This document shows, in pieces, positions 31,652 through 40,619 of a stretch of DNA of 64,000 bases; the stretch's first letter is position 1; each line of letters begins with the position of its first letter. A program made the position numbers and the translations under genes. The DNA is from Rhabdothermincola salaria (lineage in GTDB: Bacteria > Actinomycetota > Acidimicrobiia > Acidimicrobiales > Acidimicrobilacustridaceae): assembly GCF_021246445.1 (NCBI RefSeq), contig NZ_JAJQXW010000001.1, forward strand, positions 1,506,168-1,570,167. The letters are read 5' to 3'. The notes under the pieces were generated by a model. That model searched no databases. It was not told where the DNA came from and was given only the letters and a program-made list of their open reading frames with translations.

Positions 31652-31806
31652 GCGACCCCCTCGTCGAGCTGTGCGAGCCCACGTTGTAACACGTGGGCAC
31701 GCCCCGACGGTCGCCCCCTGGCGTGCGTCAGACCTGGACACGTGTCTGATTTTCTGGTTCCCTGGTGTCGGGCGGGCCATGACCTGCTCGTGAGCAGGGG
31801 GACGGC

Positions 31807-33009
31807 ATGCACTACCGCTACACACCCGAGCAGCAGGCGCTGCGCGCCGAGCTGCGCCAGTACTTCACCGACCTGATGACCCCCGAGATCCGGGCCGCTC
31901 TGCGGGCGGAGTCGGCCGAGAGCGGCAACACCGCCCGCAACGTCATGCGGCGCATGGGAGCCGACGGGTGGCTGGGGGTGGGCTGGCCCGTCGAGTACGG
32001 CGGCCGGGGCCTCACCGGCCTCGAGCAGTTCGTGTTCTTCGACGAGGTCCAGCGCGCCGGCGCACCCTTCCCCTTCGTCACGGTCAACACCGTGGGCCCC
32101 ACGCTGATGCAGTACGGCTCCCAGGCCCAGAAGGACACCTACCTGCCCGGGATCCTGAACGGCGAGATCAACTTCGCCATCGGCTACACCGAACCCGAAG
32201 CCGGCACCGACCTGGCCAACCTGCGCACCCGGGCGGTGCGAGACGGCGACGAGTGGGTCATCGACGGCAACAAGGTCTTCACCAGCGGCGCCGACCGCGC
32301 CGACTACGTGTGGCTCGCTTGTCGCACCGACGTCGACGCTCCCAAGCACAAGGGCATCTCCATCATCATCGTGCCCACGTCGGCGCCCGGCTTCTCGGTC
32401 ACGCCGATCCACACGGTCGGCGACACCGACACCACCGTCACCTTCTACGACGGCATCCGCGTCCCCGTCGACAACGTGGTCGGCGAGGTGAACGGTGGGT
32501 GGCGTCTCATCACCAACCAGCTCAACCACGAACGGGTCGGTCTGGCCGCCCTCGGCGGACGGGTCGAGCAGCTCTACGCCGACGTGGTGGCCTGGTGCGC
32601 CACCACACCGGCCGGCCCCAAGGGGTCCGAGCACCTCATCGACCAGCCCTGGGTGCAGACCGACCTGGCCCGGTGCCACGCCCGGCTCGAGGCGATGAAG
32701 CTGCTCAACTGGAAGATGGCCGCCGCGGTGGCCAGCGGCGACCTCACCGCCGCCGACTCGTCGGCCTCGAAGGTCTACGGCACCGAGTGCCAGGTCGAGG
32801 TCTACCGGCTGCTCCTCGGCATCCTCGGAGGCCAGGGCACCATCCGACCGGGTGAACCGGCGGCGGTGCTGCGCGGCGAGGCCGAGCAGGGCGCCCGAGC
32901 CGCCCAGATCAACACCTTCGGTGGCGGGGTCAACGACGTGCAGCGCGACATCGTCGCCTATGCCGGCCTGGGCATGACCCGCACCGCCCGGCGTCAGGAG
33001 AAGCCATGA
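31807..33009 (+). CDS. chsE2: Acyl-CoA dehydrogenase beta subunit (FadE29/ChsE2-like)
   Basis: FAIGYTEPEAGTDLA, KHKGIS, catalytic NHER and INTFGGGVN; igr-like context. Confidence 0.82.
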   Translation: MHYRYTPEQQALRAELRQYFTDLMTPEIRAALRAESAESGNTARNVMRRMGADGWLGVGWPVEYGGRGLTGLEQFVFFDEVQRAGAPFPFVTVNTVGPTLMQYGSQAQKDTYLPGILNGEINFAIGYTEPEAGTDLANLRTRAVRDGDEWVIDGNKVFTSGADRADYVWLACRTDVDAPKHKGISIIIVPTSAPGFSVTPIHTVGDTDTTVTFYDGIRVPVDNVVGEVNGGWRLITNQLNHERVGLAALGGRVEQLYADVVAWCATTPAGPKGSEHLIDQPWVQTDLARCHARLEAMKLLNWKMAAAVASGDLTAADSSASKVYGTECQVEVYRLLLGILGGQGTIRPGEPAAVLRGEAEQGARAAQINTFGGGVNDVQRDIVAYAGLGMTRTARRQEKP

Positions 33010-33974
33010 GCACCGGCCCGTCCCTTCGTGAACGGCTCTCGGCCTTCGAGGGCCGCGACGCCTCTCCTCGCGAGCAGGCGCTCGACCCCGTCACCCAGAC
33101 GGCGATCCGCCAGTGGGTCGAGGCCATGGGCGACGCCAACCCGGTGTACGTCGACGACGACGCCGCCCGGGCCACCGGCCGCGACGGCGTCGTGGCCCCC
33201 CCGACCATGCTGCAGGCCTGGACCATGCGCGGTCTGGCGGCGAGCCAGCGGCCCGACCCGCGCCCATCGGGGCGCGGCGAGCTGTTCGCCGTGCTCGACG
33301 AGGCCGGCTTCACCTCGGTGGTGGCCACCAACTGCGAGCAGACCTACGAGCGCGAGTTGCGCCCCGGCGACCGCGTCTCCATGCGTGAGGTGATCGAGTC
33401 GGTGTCCGACGAGAAGGACACCGCTCTCGGGCGAGGGCACTTCATCACCACCCGGATGACCTTCACCGACGCCGACGGCGAGGTGGTCGGCACCCAGTTG
33501 TGGCGCCTCCTGCGCTTCGCCCCACGACCCCGACCCGAGCCCGAAGCCGAGGTGGCGGCCCGGCCCCCTCGCCCCCGCCCGGCCGTCAACCGCGACAACG
33601 CCTTCTTCTTCGAGGGGGCCGAGCAGGGCAAGCTGCTGATCCAGCGCTGCTCGGCGTGCGGCTCCCTGCGACACCCGCCCGGGCCCATGTGTCCGCAGTG
33701 CCGGTCCACCGAGTGGGACACCGTCGAGTCCAGCGGCCGCGGCACCGTCCACAGTTTCGTGGTCAACCACCACCCCCAGATCCCGTCGTTCGACTACCCG
33801 TTGGCGGTCGCCCTCGTCGAGCTGGAGGAGGGCACCCGCGTGGTGTCCAACATCGTCGGCGTGGCGCCGGAAGACGTCACGATCGGCATGGCGGTGGCGG
33901 TGCGCTTCGAGGACTTCGGCGACGGACTGGTCCTCCCGCAGTTCGCTCCCGACCCCGCCCAGGACGGTGCCTGA
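33006..33974 (+). CDS. chsH2: MaoC + DUF35 (Zn-ribbon/OB) hydratase subunit
   Basis: MaoC N-domain followed by QRCSAC..HPPGPMCPQC and an OB fold (VELEEGTRVVSNI). Confidence 0.88.
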   Translation: MSTGPSLRERLSAFEGRDASPREQALDPVTQTAIRQWVEAMGDANPVYVDDDAARATGRDGVVAPPTMLQAWTMRGLAASQRPDPRPSGRGELFAVLDEAGFTSVVATNCEQTYERELRPGDRVSMREVIESVSDEKDTALGRGHFITTRMTFTDADGEVVGTQLWRLLRFAPRPRPEPEAEVAARPPRPRPAVNRDNAFFFEGAEQGKLLIQRCSACGSLRHPPGPMCPQCRSTEWDTVESSGRGTVHSFVVNHHPQIPSFDYPLAVALVELEEGTRVVSNIVGVAPEDVTIGMAVAVRFEDFGDGLVLPQFAPDPAQDGA

Positions 33975-35116
33975 TGGACTTCTCCTTCGGTGAGGAGCAC
34001 GAGGCGGTCGCCCAGCTCGCCGCTCAGGTGTTCGGTGGCGAGGTCGACCTCGACCGCCTCAAGGCCGCCGAGGCCGAGGGCGGCCGCACCGACCACGACC
34101 TCTGGTCCACCCTCGCCGAGGCGGGCCTCATCGGCGTCGGCCTGGCCGACGACGTCGGGGGCAGCGGCGGCGACCTCATCTGTGTCTGTCGCCTGCTCGA
34201 GGAGCAGGGACGAGCGCTGGCGCCGGTCCCGCTGGCCACGACGCTCGTCGCTTCGGCGGCCATCGATCGCCTCGGCACCCCCGACCAGCGGGCGCGGTGG
34301 CTGCCGGGCGTCGTCAGCGGGGATCGACCCCTCGCCGTCGCCCTCGACCAGCCGGCCGGGGCCCGATGGGAGCACCCCCAGGTGACCGCCACCCGTCACG
34401 GCGAGGTCTGGCAGCTCGACGGCTGGCTCCCCGCCGTGGCCGCGGCCGCCGAGTGCCGCCTGCTGGTGGTGGGTGCCGGCATCGACGGTTCCCCGGACAG
34501 CGGGCTCTTCCTCGTCGACCCGTCGGACCCCGGCGTGACCATCGAGGCGGTGGTCACCACCGACCGCCGGCCCCACGGCCACGTCACCCTCGCCTCGGCC
34601 CCCGCCGAGCCCCTCGGCGGCCTCGACACCGGCGACGTCACCTGGCTGGCCCAGCGGCTCATGCTGGCGCTGAGCGCGGTCACCCTCGGCGTGGCCGAGG
34701 AGGCCCTCCGCCGAGCCGCCGCCTACACCTCCGAGCGAGAGCAGTTCGGCCGGCCGCTGTCGAGCTTCCAGAGCACCGCCCACCGCGCCGCCGACGCCTA
34801 CATCGACGTCGAGGCCATGCGGGCCACCCTCTGGCAGGCGGCCTGGCTGGCCGAGCAGCCCGATCCCGATCCCCACGAGGTGGCCACCGCCGTGCTGACC
34901 GCCCGCTGGTGGGCCGCCGACGGGGGCCAGCGGGTCGTGCACGCCGTGCAGCACCTCCACGGCGGGCTCGGCGCCGACGTCGACTACCCGGTCCACCGCT
35001 ACTTCCTGTGGGCCAAGCAGCTCGAGCTCACCCTCGGGACCCCGAGCAGCGATCTGGCCCGCCTCGGCGAGGCGATCGCGACCGGGGCCCGAGCCACCCA
35101 GGAGGCCCGCCGATGA
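33974..35116 (+). CDS. chsE1: Acyl-CoA dehydrogenase alpha subunit (FadE28/ChsE1-like)
   Basis: MDFSF, REQFGRPLSSFQ and HLHGGLGADVDYPVHRYFLWAKQ; TGATG-coupled. Confidence 0.8.
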   Translation: MDFSFGEEHEAVAQLAAQVFGGEVDLDRLKAAEAEGGRTDHDLWSTLAEAGLIGVGLADDVGGSGGDLICVCRLLEEQGRALAPVPLATTLVASAAIDRLGTPDQRARWLPGVVSGDRPLAVALDQPAGARWEHPQVTATRHGEVWQLDGWLPAVAAAAECRLLVVGAGIDGSPDSGLFLVDPSDPGVTIEAVVTTDRRPHGHVTLASAPAEPLGGLDTGDVTWLAQRLMLALSAVTLGVAEEALRRAAAYTSEREQFGRPLSSFQSTAHRAADAYIDVEAMRATLWQAAWLAEQPDPDPHEVATAVLTARWWAADGGQRVVHAVQHLHGGLGADVDYPVHRYFLWAKQLELTLGTPSSDLARLGEAIATGARATQEARR

Positions 35117-35553
35117 CCGACCCGTCCGTCACCCTGCCGCCGTCGCTCCGGGCCGACCAGGTCGCGGTGGACGACGAGCTCCCCGAGCTCTCCGTCCCCC
35201 TCAGTCGCACGTTCATCATCAGCGCCGCCATCGCGTCGCGCGACTACCAGGACGTGCACCACGACCACGAGCTGGCCCAGGCCAAGGGCTCGGCCGACAT
35301 CTTCACCAACATCCTCACCAGCAACGGGTTGGTGGGCCGGTTCGTCACCGACTGGGCCGGCCCGCGAGCCCGCCTGCGCAAGGTCGCCGTGCGTCTGGGT
35401 GTCCCCAACTACGCAGGAGACACCATGGTGCTCAGCGGTCGGGTCACCGCCGTCGAGGGCACCTGCGTCGACGTCGCCATCCGGGGACGCAACCAGCTGG
35501 GCGACCACGTCACCGGCACTGTCACCGTCGAGCTCCCCGGAGGCGACCAGTGA
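35113..35553 (+). CDS. chsH1: MaoC hydratase catalytic subunit
   Basis: ASRDYQDVHHD, DIFTNILTS, FVTDWAGP and RLGVP motifs. Confidence 0.88.
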   Translation: MTDPSVTLPPSLRADQVAVDDELPELSVPLSRTFIISAAIASRDYQDVHHDHELAQAKGSADIFTNILTSNGLVGRFVTDWAGPRARLRKVAVRLGVPNYAGDTMVLSGRVTAVEGTCVDVAIRGRNQLGDHVTGTVTVELPGGDQ

Positions 35554-36725
35554 GCACCTTGAGCGGCACCGCCGCCATCGCCGGCATCGGCGCCACCGAG
35601 TTCTCCAAGGACTCCGGACGCAGCGAGCTGCAGCTGGCCTGCGAGGCGGTCCGCGACGCCCTCGACGACGCCGGCATCACCCCCTCGGAGGTCCAAGGCC
35701 TCGTCACGTACACGATGGAGACGAACCCCGAGATCGAGGTGGCCCGCAACCTCGGCATGGGTGAGCTCACGCTGTTCAGCCGCATCCACTACGGCGGCGG
35801 CGCCCCGGCCGCCACCGTGCACCAGGCGGCGATGGCCGTCGCCACCGGGGTCGCCGACGTCGTGGTCTGCTACCGCGCCTTCAACGAACGGTCGGGCCGG
35901 CGCTTCGGCGCCGGCGTCCAGGATCTCGGCACCGCCCCCACCGCCGAGGGCGCCCAGTTCTCCTGGTACGCCCCCTACGGCCTGCTCACCCCCGCACAGT
36001 GGGTGGCCATGAGCGCACGGCGCTACATGCACGCCTACGGCGCCACCAGCGAGGACTTCGGGCGGGTGGCGGTCGCCGACCGCAAGCACGCCGCCACCAA
36101 CCCCAAGGCGTGGTTCTACGAGCAGCCCATCACGCTCGAGGACCACCAGAACAGCCGTTGGATCGCCGAGCCCCTCCACCTGCTCGACTGCTGCCAGGAG
36201 ACCGACGGCGGCCAGGCGCTCGTGATCGTGAGCGCCGAGCGGGCCCGTGACCTGCCCCATCCCCCCGCCGTCGTGCGAGCGGTGGCACAGGGGGCTACGA
36301 CCAGCACCCAGATGATGACGTCGTACTACGCCGACGACATCACCGGCCTGCCCGAGATGGGCCTCGTCGCTCGCCAGCTGTGGGCCGACTCCGGGCTCGG
36401 CCCCGCCGACATCCAGACCGCGATCATCTACGACCACTTCACCCCGTTCGTGCTCACCCAGCTCGAGGAGTTCGGGTTCTGCGGGAGGGGCGAGGCCAAG
36501 GACTTCATCCGCGACGGCAACATCGAGATCGGCGGCGGCCTGCCGGTCAACACCCACGGCGGCCAGCTGGGCGAGGCCTACCTGCACGGCATGAACGGCA
36601 TCGCCGAAGGGGTGCGCCAGGTGCGCGGCACCTCGGTGAACCAGGTCGACGACGTCGACCACGTGCTGGTGACCGGGGGGACGGGGGTGCCCACCAGCGG
36701 GCTCGTCCTCGGTCGCGACCACTGA
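35550..36725 (+). CDS. ltp2: Thiolase-like steroid side-chain aldolase (lipid-transfer protein)
   Basis: GIGATEFSKDSGRSELQLA, LDCCQETDGG, YDHFTP and NTHGGQLGEAYLHG motifs. Confidence 0.92.
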   Translation: MSTLSGTAAIAGIGATEFSKDSGRSELQLACEAVRDALDDAGITPSEVQGLVTYTMETNPEIEVARNLGMGELTLFSRIHYGGGAPAATVHQAAMAVATGVADVVVCYRAFNERSGRRFGAGVQDLGTAPTAEGAQFSWYAPYGLLTPAQWVAMSARRYMHAYGATSEDFGRVAVADRKHAATNPKAWFYEQPITLEDHQNSRWIAEPLHLLDCCQETDGGQALVIVSAERARDLPHPPAVVRAVAQGATTSTQMMTSYYADDITGLPEMGLVARQLWADSGLGPADIQTAIIYDHFTPFVLTQLEEFGFCGRGEAKDFIRDGNIEIGGGLPVNTHGGQLGEAYLHGMNGIAEGVRQVRGTSVNQVDDVDHVLVTGGTGVPTSGLVLGRDH

Positions 36726-36774
36726 GCACGAACACCAGCACACGACACCGGGCGAGACAACCGAGGGGGAACGC

Positions 36775-38448
36775 ATGACCACCGACGACGTCGCCGCGAC
36801 GACCACTGCGGACCTGCTCTTGCAGCGCGCCGACGAGGACCGGCCCGGCCTGCTGTTCGAGGACGAGCACTACACCTGGGCGGAGGTGGTCGGCGAGGGC
36901 GCCCGTCGGGCGGCGATCGCTCTCGAGGTGCGCACCGATGGCCCGTTCCACGTGGGCGTGCTGCTCGACAACACACCCGAGTACCTGTTCTGGATCGTGG
37001 CCGGCGGCCTGTCCGGCGCGGCCGTCGTCGGCATCAACTCCACCCGCCGCGGCGCCGAGCTGGCCCACGACGTCGACCACACCGACTGCCAGATGATCGT
37101 GACCGACCGCGACCACCTGGAGCTGCTCGACGGGCTCGACCTGGGGCTGCCACCCGAACGGGTCTGGCTGGTCGACTCACCCGAGTACGCCGCCCTGCTC
37201 GAGCGCCACGGCGACGCCGAGCCCGAGCAGGTCCTCCAACCGATCGACCCACAGCAGCCGCTCCTGTTGTTGTTCACCTCGGGCTCGACCGGTGCCCCCA
37301 AGGCGGTGGTCTGCACCCAGGGCCGCTTCGCCGCCATCGCCGGCCGGACGCCGGGCATGTTCGGCATCACCGCCGAGGAGAGCGTCTGCTACAACGCCAT
37401 GCCCATGTTCCACGGCAACGCCCTCATGGCCAGCTGGGCCATGTGCCTCGGCACGGGCGCGCCGTGGGCCCTGCGCCGCAAGTTCTCGGCGTCGGGGTTC
37501 CTGCCCGACGTCCGCCGGTTCGGGGCGACCTACATCAACTACGTCGGGCGTGCGCTCGCCTACGTGCTGGCCACGCCCGAGCGGCCCGACGACGCCGACA
37601 ACCCCTTGCAACTGGCCTTCGGAACCGAGGCCACCGACCGCGACATGGACGAGTTCAGCCGCCGGTTCGGCTGTGCGTTCTTCGAGAGCTACGGCTCCAG
37701 TGAGGGGCCCATCTCCATCATCAAGGTGCCGGGCACGCCGCGGCACTCCCTCGGCCGCCCCCAGGAGGGCGACGTCGCAGTCGTCGACCCCACGACCCTC
37801 GAGGAGTGCCCTCCCGCCCGGTTCGGGCCGAAGGGCGAGCTGGTGAACCACGAGGCCATCGGCGAGATCGTCCGGCGCGACGGCGAGGTCACCTTCGAGG
37901 GCTACTACAACAACCCCGAGGCGTCGGCCGAGCGGCTGCGCAACGGTTGGTACTGGAGCGGTGACCTCGGCTACCGCGACGAGGACGGCTGGTTCTACTT
38001 CGCCGGCCGGGGCGCCGACTGGTTGCGCGTCGACAGCGAGAACTTCGCCACCACCCCCATCGAGCGCATCATCGCCCGCTTCCCCGGCGTGCTCGTCAAC
38101 GCCGTGTACCCGGTGCCCGACAGCCGCACCGGCGACCAGGTGATGGCGGCCATCGAGCTGGTGCCCGGCACGGAGTTCTCCGCCGAGGCGTTCGAGGCCT
38201 TCCTCACCGCCCAGGAGGACCTCGGCACCAAGTGGGCGCCGCGCTACGTGCGCGTCACCGACCGGATGCCGCTCACCGGCTCGAACAAGCTCGACAAGAA
38301 GCCCCTGCGCGCCCTGCGTTGGGACGGCCCCGGGACCGTGTGGTGGCGCCCCGCCCCGGGCGACCGGCTCCGGGAGATGACCGACGACGAGCGGGCCGCG
38401 CTCCGCGTCGAGTTCGCCGAGTTCGGCCGCGAGCACCTCCTGACGTGA
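36775..38448 (+). CDS. Acyl-CoA synthetase (FadD17/FadD1-like)
   Basis: FTSGSTGAPK, YGSSEG, WSGDLGY and RVDSENF motifs. Confidence 0.9.
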   Translation: MTTDDVAATTTADLLLQRADEDRPGLLFEDEHYTWAEVVGEGARRAAIALEVRTDGPFHVGVLLDNTPEYLFWIVAGGLSGAAVVGINSTRRGAELAHDVDHTDCQMIVTDRDHLELLDGLDLGLPPERVWLVDSPEYAALLERHGDAEPEQVLQPIDPQQPLLLLFTSGSTGAPKAVVCTQGRFAAIAGRTPGMFGITAEESVCYNAMPMFHGNALMASWAMCLGTGAPWALRRKFSASGFLPDVRRFGATYINYVGRALAYVLATPERPDDADNPLQLAFGTEATDRDMDEFSRRFGCAFFESYGSSEGPISIIKVPGTPRHSLGRPQEGDVAVVDPTTLEECPPARFGPKGELVNHEAIGEIVRRDGEVTFEGYYNNPEASAERLRNGWYWSGDLGYRDEDGWFYFAGRGADWLRVDSENFATTPIERIIARFPGVLVNAVYPVPDSRTGDQVMAAIELVPGTEFSAEAFEAFLTAQEDLGTKWAPRYVRVTDRMPLTGSNKLDKKPLRALRWDGPGTVWWRPAPGDRLREMTDDERAALRVEFAEFGREHLLT

Positions 38449-39026
38449 CCACGACGACCGAGCCGTCCGGGCCCCGCCGGCTGTCGCGCACGCAGGCCGC
38501 CACCCGGGGCCGCATCCTCGACGCCGCCGTCGCCCTGGCGACCGCACACGGCTACGACGGGTTCGGCATGCGGGAGCTGGCCGCCGCCGCCGGAGTCTCC
38601 CCCGCCACGCTCTACCAGTACCACCGGTCCAAGGACGCCGTGCTGGTGGACGCCCTCGTCGAGTCCGGGCTGCGCACCTCCGAGGCCGTGGGGCGACGTC
38701 GGCCGGCCGACGACCGCCCCCTCGACGTGCGCATCGTGGCCGCCTTCGCCAAGGTCGTGCGGACCTACGAACGGGTGCCGCTGCTGTACCAGGCCATGTT
38801 CCGGGCCTACCTCGCCGGCGGGGCCACCCCGCCCGGCGAGGAATCGCCGTGGTCGGGGCGGTCGTGGCTCGACCAGGCCGTGGGCGACGACGTGGCCGAC
38901 CGCGAGGTCCTCGTCGAGCTCCTCGAGCACCAGGTGCTGGCGTCGCTGGTGTCGCTCATCACCGGTACCGCCCCTCGCGAGGTCATGGCCCGCTTCGAGC
39001 GGGCGGTCGTCCACCTGTGCCCGTGA
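38445..39026 (+). CDS. TetR family regulator (KstR-like)
   Basis: Q.A.R.RILDAA..LA...GYD...MRELAAAAGVSPATLYQYHRSKD; GTGA-coupled to the synthetase. Confidence 0.8.
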   Translation: MTTTTEPSGPRRLSRTQAATRGRILDAAVALATAHGYDGFGMRELAAAAGVSPATLYQYHRSKDAVLVDALVESGLRTSEAVGRRRPADDRPLDVRIVAAFAKVVRTYERVPLLYQAMFRAYLAGGATPPGEESPWSGRSWLDQAVGDDVADREVLVELLEHQVLASLVSLITGTAPREVMARFERAVVHLCP

Positions 39027-39076
39027 GCGGGGTGCAGATCGGCTCCCCGGGCCCGGCGCCCGACCCTGGTCCACCC

Positions 39077-39102
39077 GTATCGGTGCGGGCCCGACGAGCG
39101 AT
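39077..39102 (+). promoter_or_regulatory. Putative ECF sigma promoter (GTATC-N17-CGAT)
   Basis: Same CCGTA(C/T)C...GCG(A/T)T architecture as 39918-39944 and 40582-40607. Confidence 0.5.
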
Positions 39103-39149
39103 GTAGGGCCCTGAGAGGGACCCGCGCCACCGACCGGCGACGCGAGTGC

Positions 39150-39233
39150 GTCTCGACCGACAAGGGCGACCGCACCGGCAACGGGGCGGGAGCAACGCCA
39201 CCGGACCCTCTGGGCCCTGGTGGCTGCCGAAGC
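39150..39233 (+). ncRNA. c-di-GMP-I (GEMM)-like riboswitch variant, copy A
   Basis: CGACAAGGGCGA-CCGCACCG-GCAA-CGGGGCGG-GAGCAAC-GCCACCGG..CTGGTGGC-TGCCGA. GNRA-capped P2, a P3 stem and GEMM-like junctions, ending 25 nt upstream of the ATG. Confidence 0.7.
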
Positions 39234-39258
39234 CGACGATCCCGGGAGGGACCCCACG

Positions 39259-39810
39259 ATGCTCGCTGATCTGCTCACCCACCTCCGTGTGCCGACGAAG
39301 GTGGTGGCGGCCGCGGTGGCCGTCGCCGTCGCCGTCGGCGGGGTGGGCGTCGCCGCCGCGGTGACCTCGGCCGATGACGACGATCCCGCGACCGAGGCCA
39401 CCGAATCGTCGACCACGCTCGACAGCACCACCACCACCGACACCACCGCCTCGACCACGTCGACCACGATCGAGGACGAGGAGGCGACGCTCGAGTCCGA
39501 CGCCGCCGAGGGCCCCGGGGACGAGACTCCGGAGCTGTCCGAGAAGCAGGGCCCACCGGAGGGGAAGGGCCCACCCGAGGGGACCTTCGGTGCCCGGGTC
39601 AGCGCCGATGCCCGCGACGGCGGCGTCGACGGACCCACCATCGCCGCCGAGGCCCGGGCTCGCGCCGCCGAACGCAAGGCCGACCGGGAGAAGGGCCCCG
39701 AGGCACCCGAGGCCGACGACGAGGGCGACCAGAGGGGTGGAGGTCGCCCCGACGGCGCCGGCCCGCCACCATGGGCCGGTCAGCCGGGCGGGCGCCCCGG
39801 CGGCGACTGA
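39259..39810 (+). CDS. Secreted/membrane-anchored low-complexity protein (paralogue A)
   Basis: GGGAGG SD, hydrophobic N-terminus, Thr/Glu-rich linker and the FGARVSADARDGGVDG motif. Confidence 0.8.
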   Translation: MLADLLTHLRVPTKVVAAAVAVAVAVGGVGVAAAVTSADDDDPATEATESSTTLDSTTTTDTTASTTSTTIEDEEATLESDAAEGPGDETPELSEKQGPPEGKGPPEGTFGARVSADARDGGVDGPTIAAEARARAAERKADREKGPEAPEADDEGDQRGGGRPDGAGPPPWAGQPGGRPGGD

Positions 39811-39917
39811 CCCGCCCCGAGTCCCGACATCCGGCTCCTTCGACCGAAGCTGCGGGAGCACGCACCACGGCGGGGACCCCCGGGATCGAACGATGACGGG
39901 CGAACCAGCCTCGGGCC

Positions 39918-39944
39918 GTACCCCTCGACCGCACCGGCGGCGTT
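39918..39944 (+). promoter_or_regulatory. Putative ECF sigma autoregulatory promoter (GTACC-N18-CGTT)
   Basis: CCGTACCCCT...GGCGTTGAC immediately upstream of the sigma gene; repeated at 40582. Confidence 0.6.
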
Positions 39945-39958
39945 GACAGACCCGAGAC

Positions 39959-40573
39959 ATGGGGAGCCCCGAGATTCCGACGGCCGATTCCACCCCTCGG
40001 CGAGCGCTGCGCCTCGGCGCCGCGTTCCCGGAGGTGTTCGACGCAGCCCGCGCCAACGCGCCCTGGGCCTACCAGCGCCTGTTCGACGCGTTCGGCCCCC
40101 TCGTCGCCGGGTACCTGAGGGGCCAGGGAGCCGAGGACCCGGACTCCATGGCGAACGACGTCTTCCTGCGAGCGTTCACCAACCTGGCGACGTTCCACGG
40201 CGACGAAGGCCACTTTCGGTCGTGGTTGTTCACGATCGCACACCACCGACTCGTGGACGACCGTCGGCGCCGATCGCGCCGTCCAGATGTCGTCGACCGT
40301 CCCATCCCGGACCAGCGGGCCACGACCGACACCACCGAGGCGGTCATCGGTCAGCGGTTGGGCGACGAGCGCGTGGCGTCGCTGCTGTCGCGCCTCTCGC
40401 CTGACCAGCGCGACGTCCTCGTCCTGAGGATCGTCGGCGACCTGACCGTCGAGGAGGTGGCGGTGGCCGTCCGCAAGCGGCCCGGTGCAGTGAAGGCCCT
40501 GCAACGCCGCGGTCTCGCCGCGTTGCGACGGATCCTCGAGGCGGAAGACGGGGGTGCCGAGCAGGATTCGTGA
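39959..40573 (+). CDS. ECF RNA polymerase sigma factor
   Basis: Region 2 DVFLRAF...FRSWLFTIAHHRLVD; region 4 LSPDQRDVLVLR...GAVKALQRRGL. Confidence 0.92.
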   Translation: MGSPEIPTADSTPRRALRLGAAFPEVFDAARANAPWAYQRLFDAFGPLVAGYLRGQGAEDPDSMANDVFLRAFTNLATFHGDEGHFRSWLFTIAHHRLVDDRRRRSRRPDVVDRPIPDQRATTDTTEAVIGQRLGDERVASLLSRLSPDQRDVLVLRIVGDLTVEEVAVAVRKRPGAVKALQRRGLAALRRILEAEDGGAEQDS

Positions 40574-40581
40574 GCCGGCCC

Positions 40582-40607
40582 GTACCCCTTCCGGCCCCCT
40601 CGGCGTT
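40582..40607 (+). promoter_or_regulatory. Putative ECF sigma promoter (GTACC-N17-CGTT) for the anti-sigma gene
   Basis: CCGTACCCCT...GGCGTTCAC...CCCGAGATG mirrors the sigma gene's upstream region. Confidence 0.6.
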
Positions 40608-40619
40608 CACTGCCCCGAG

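Noticed and set aside
31684..31698. Canonical KstR box
   Set aside because: Only the left half matches TnnAACnnGTTnnA.
39811..39958. Possible third riboswitch copy upstream of the sigma gene (contains GCGGGAGCA and CGACCGCACCGG fragments)
   Set aside because: The fragments are out of order, with no GNRA-capped P2, P3 or RCCGA end. At most a remnant or coincidence.
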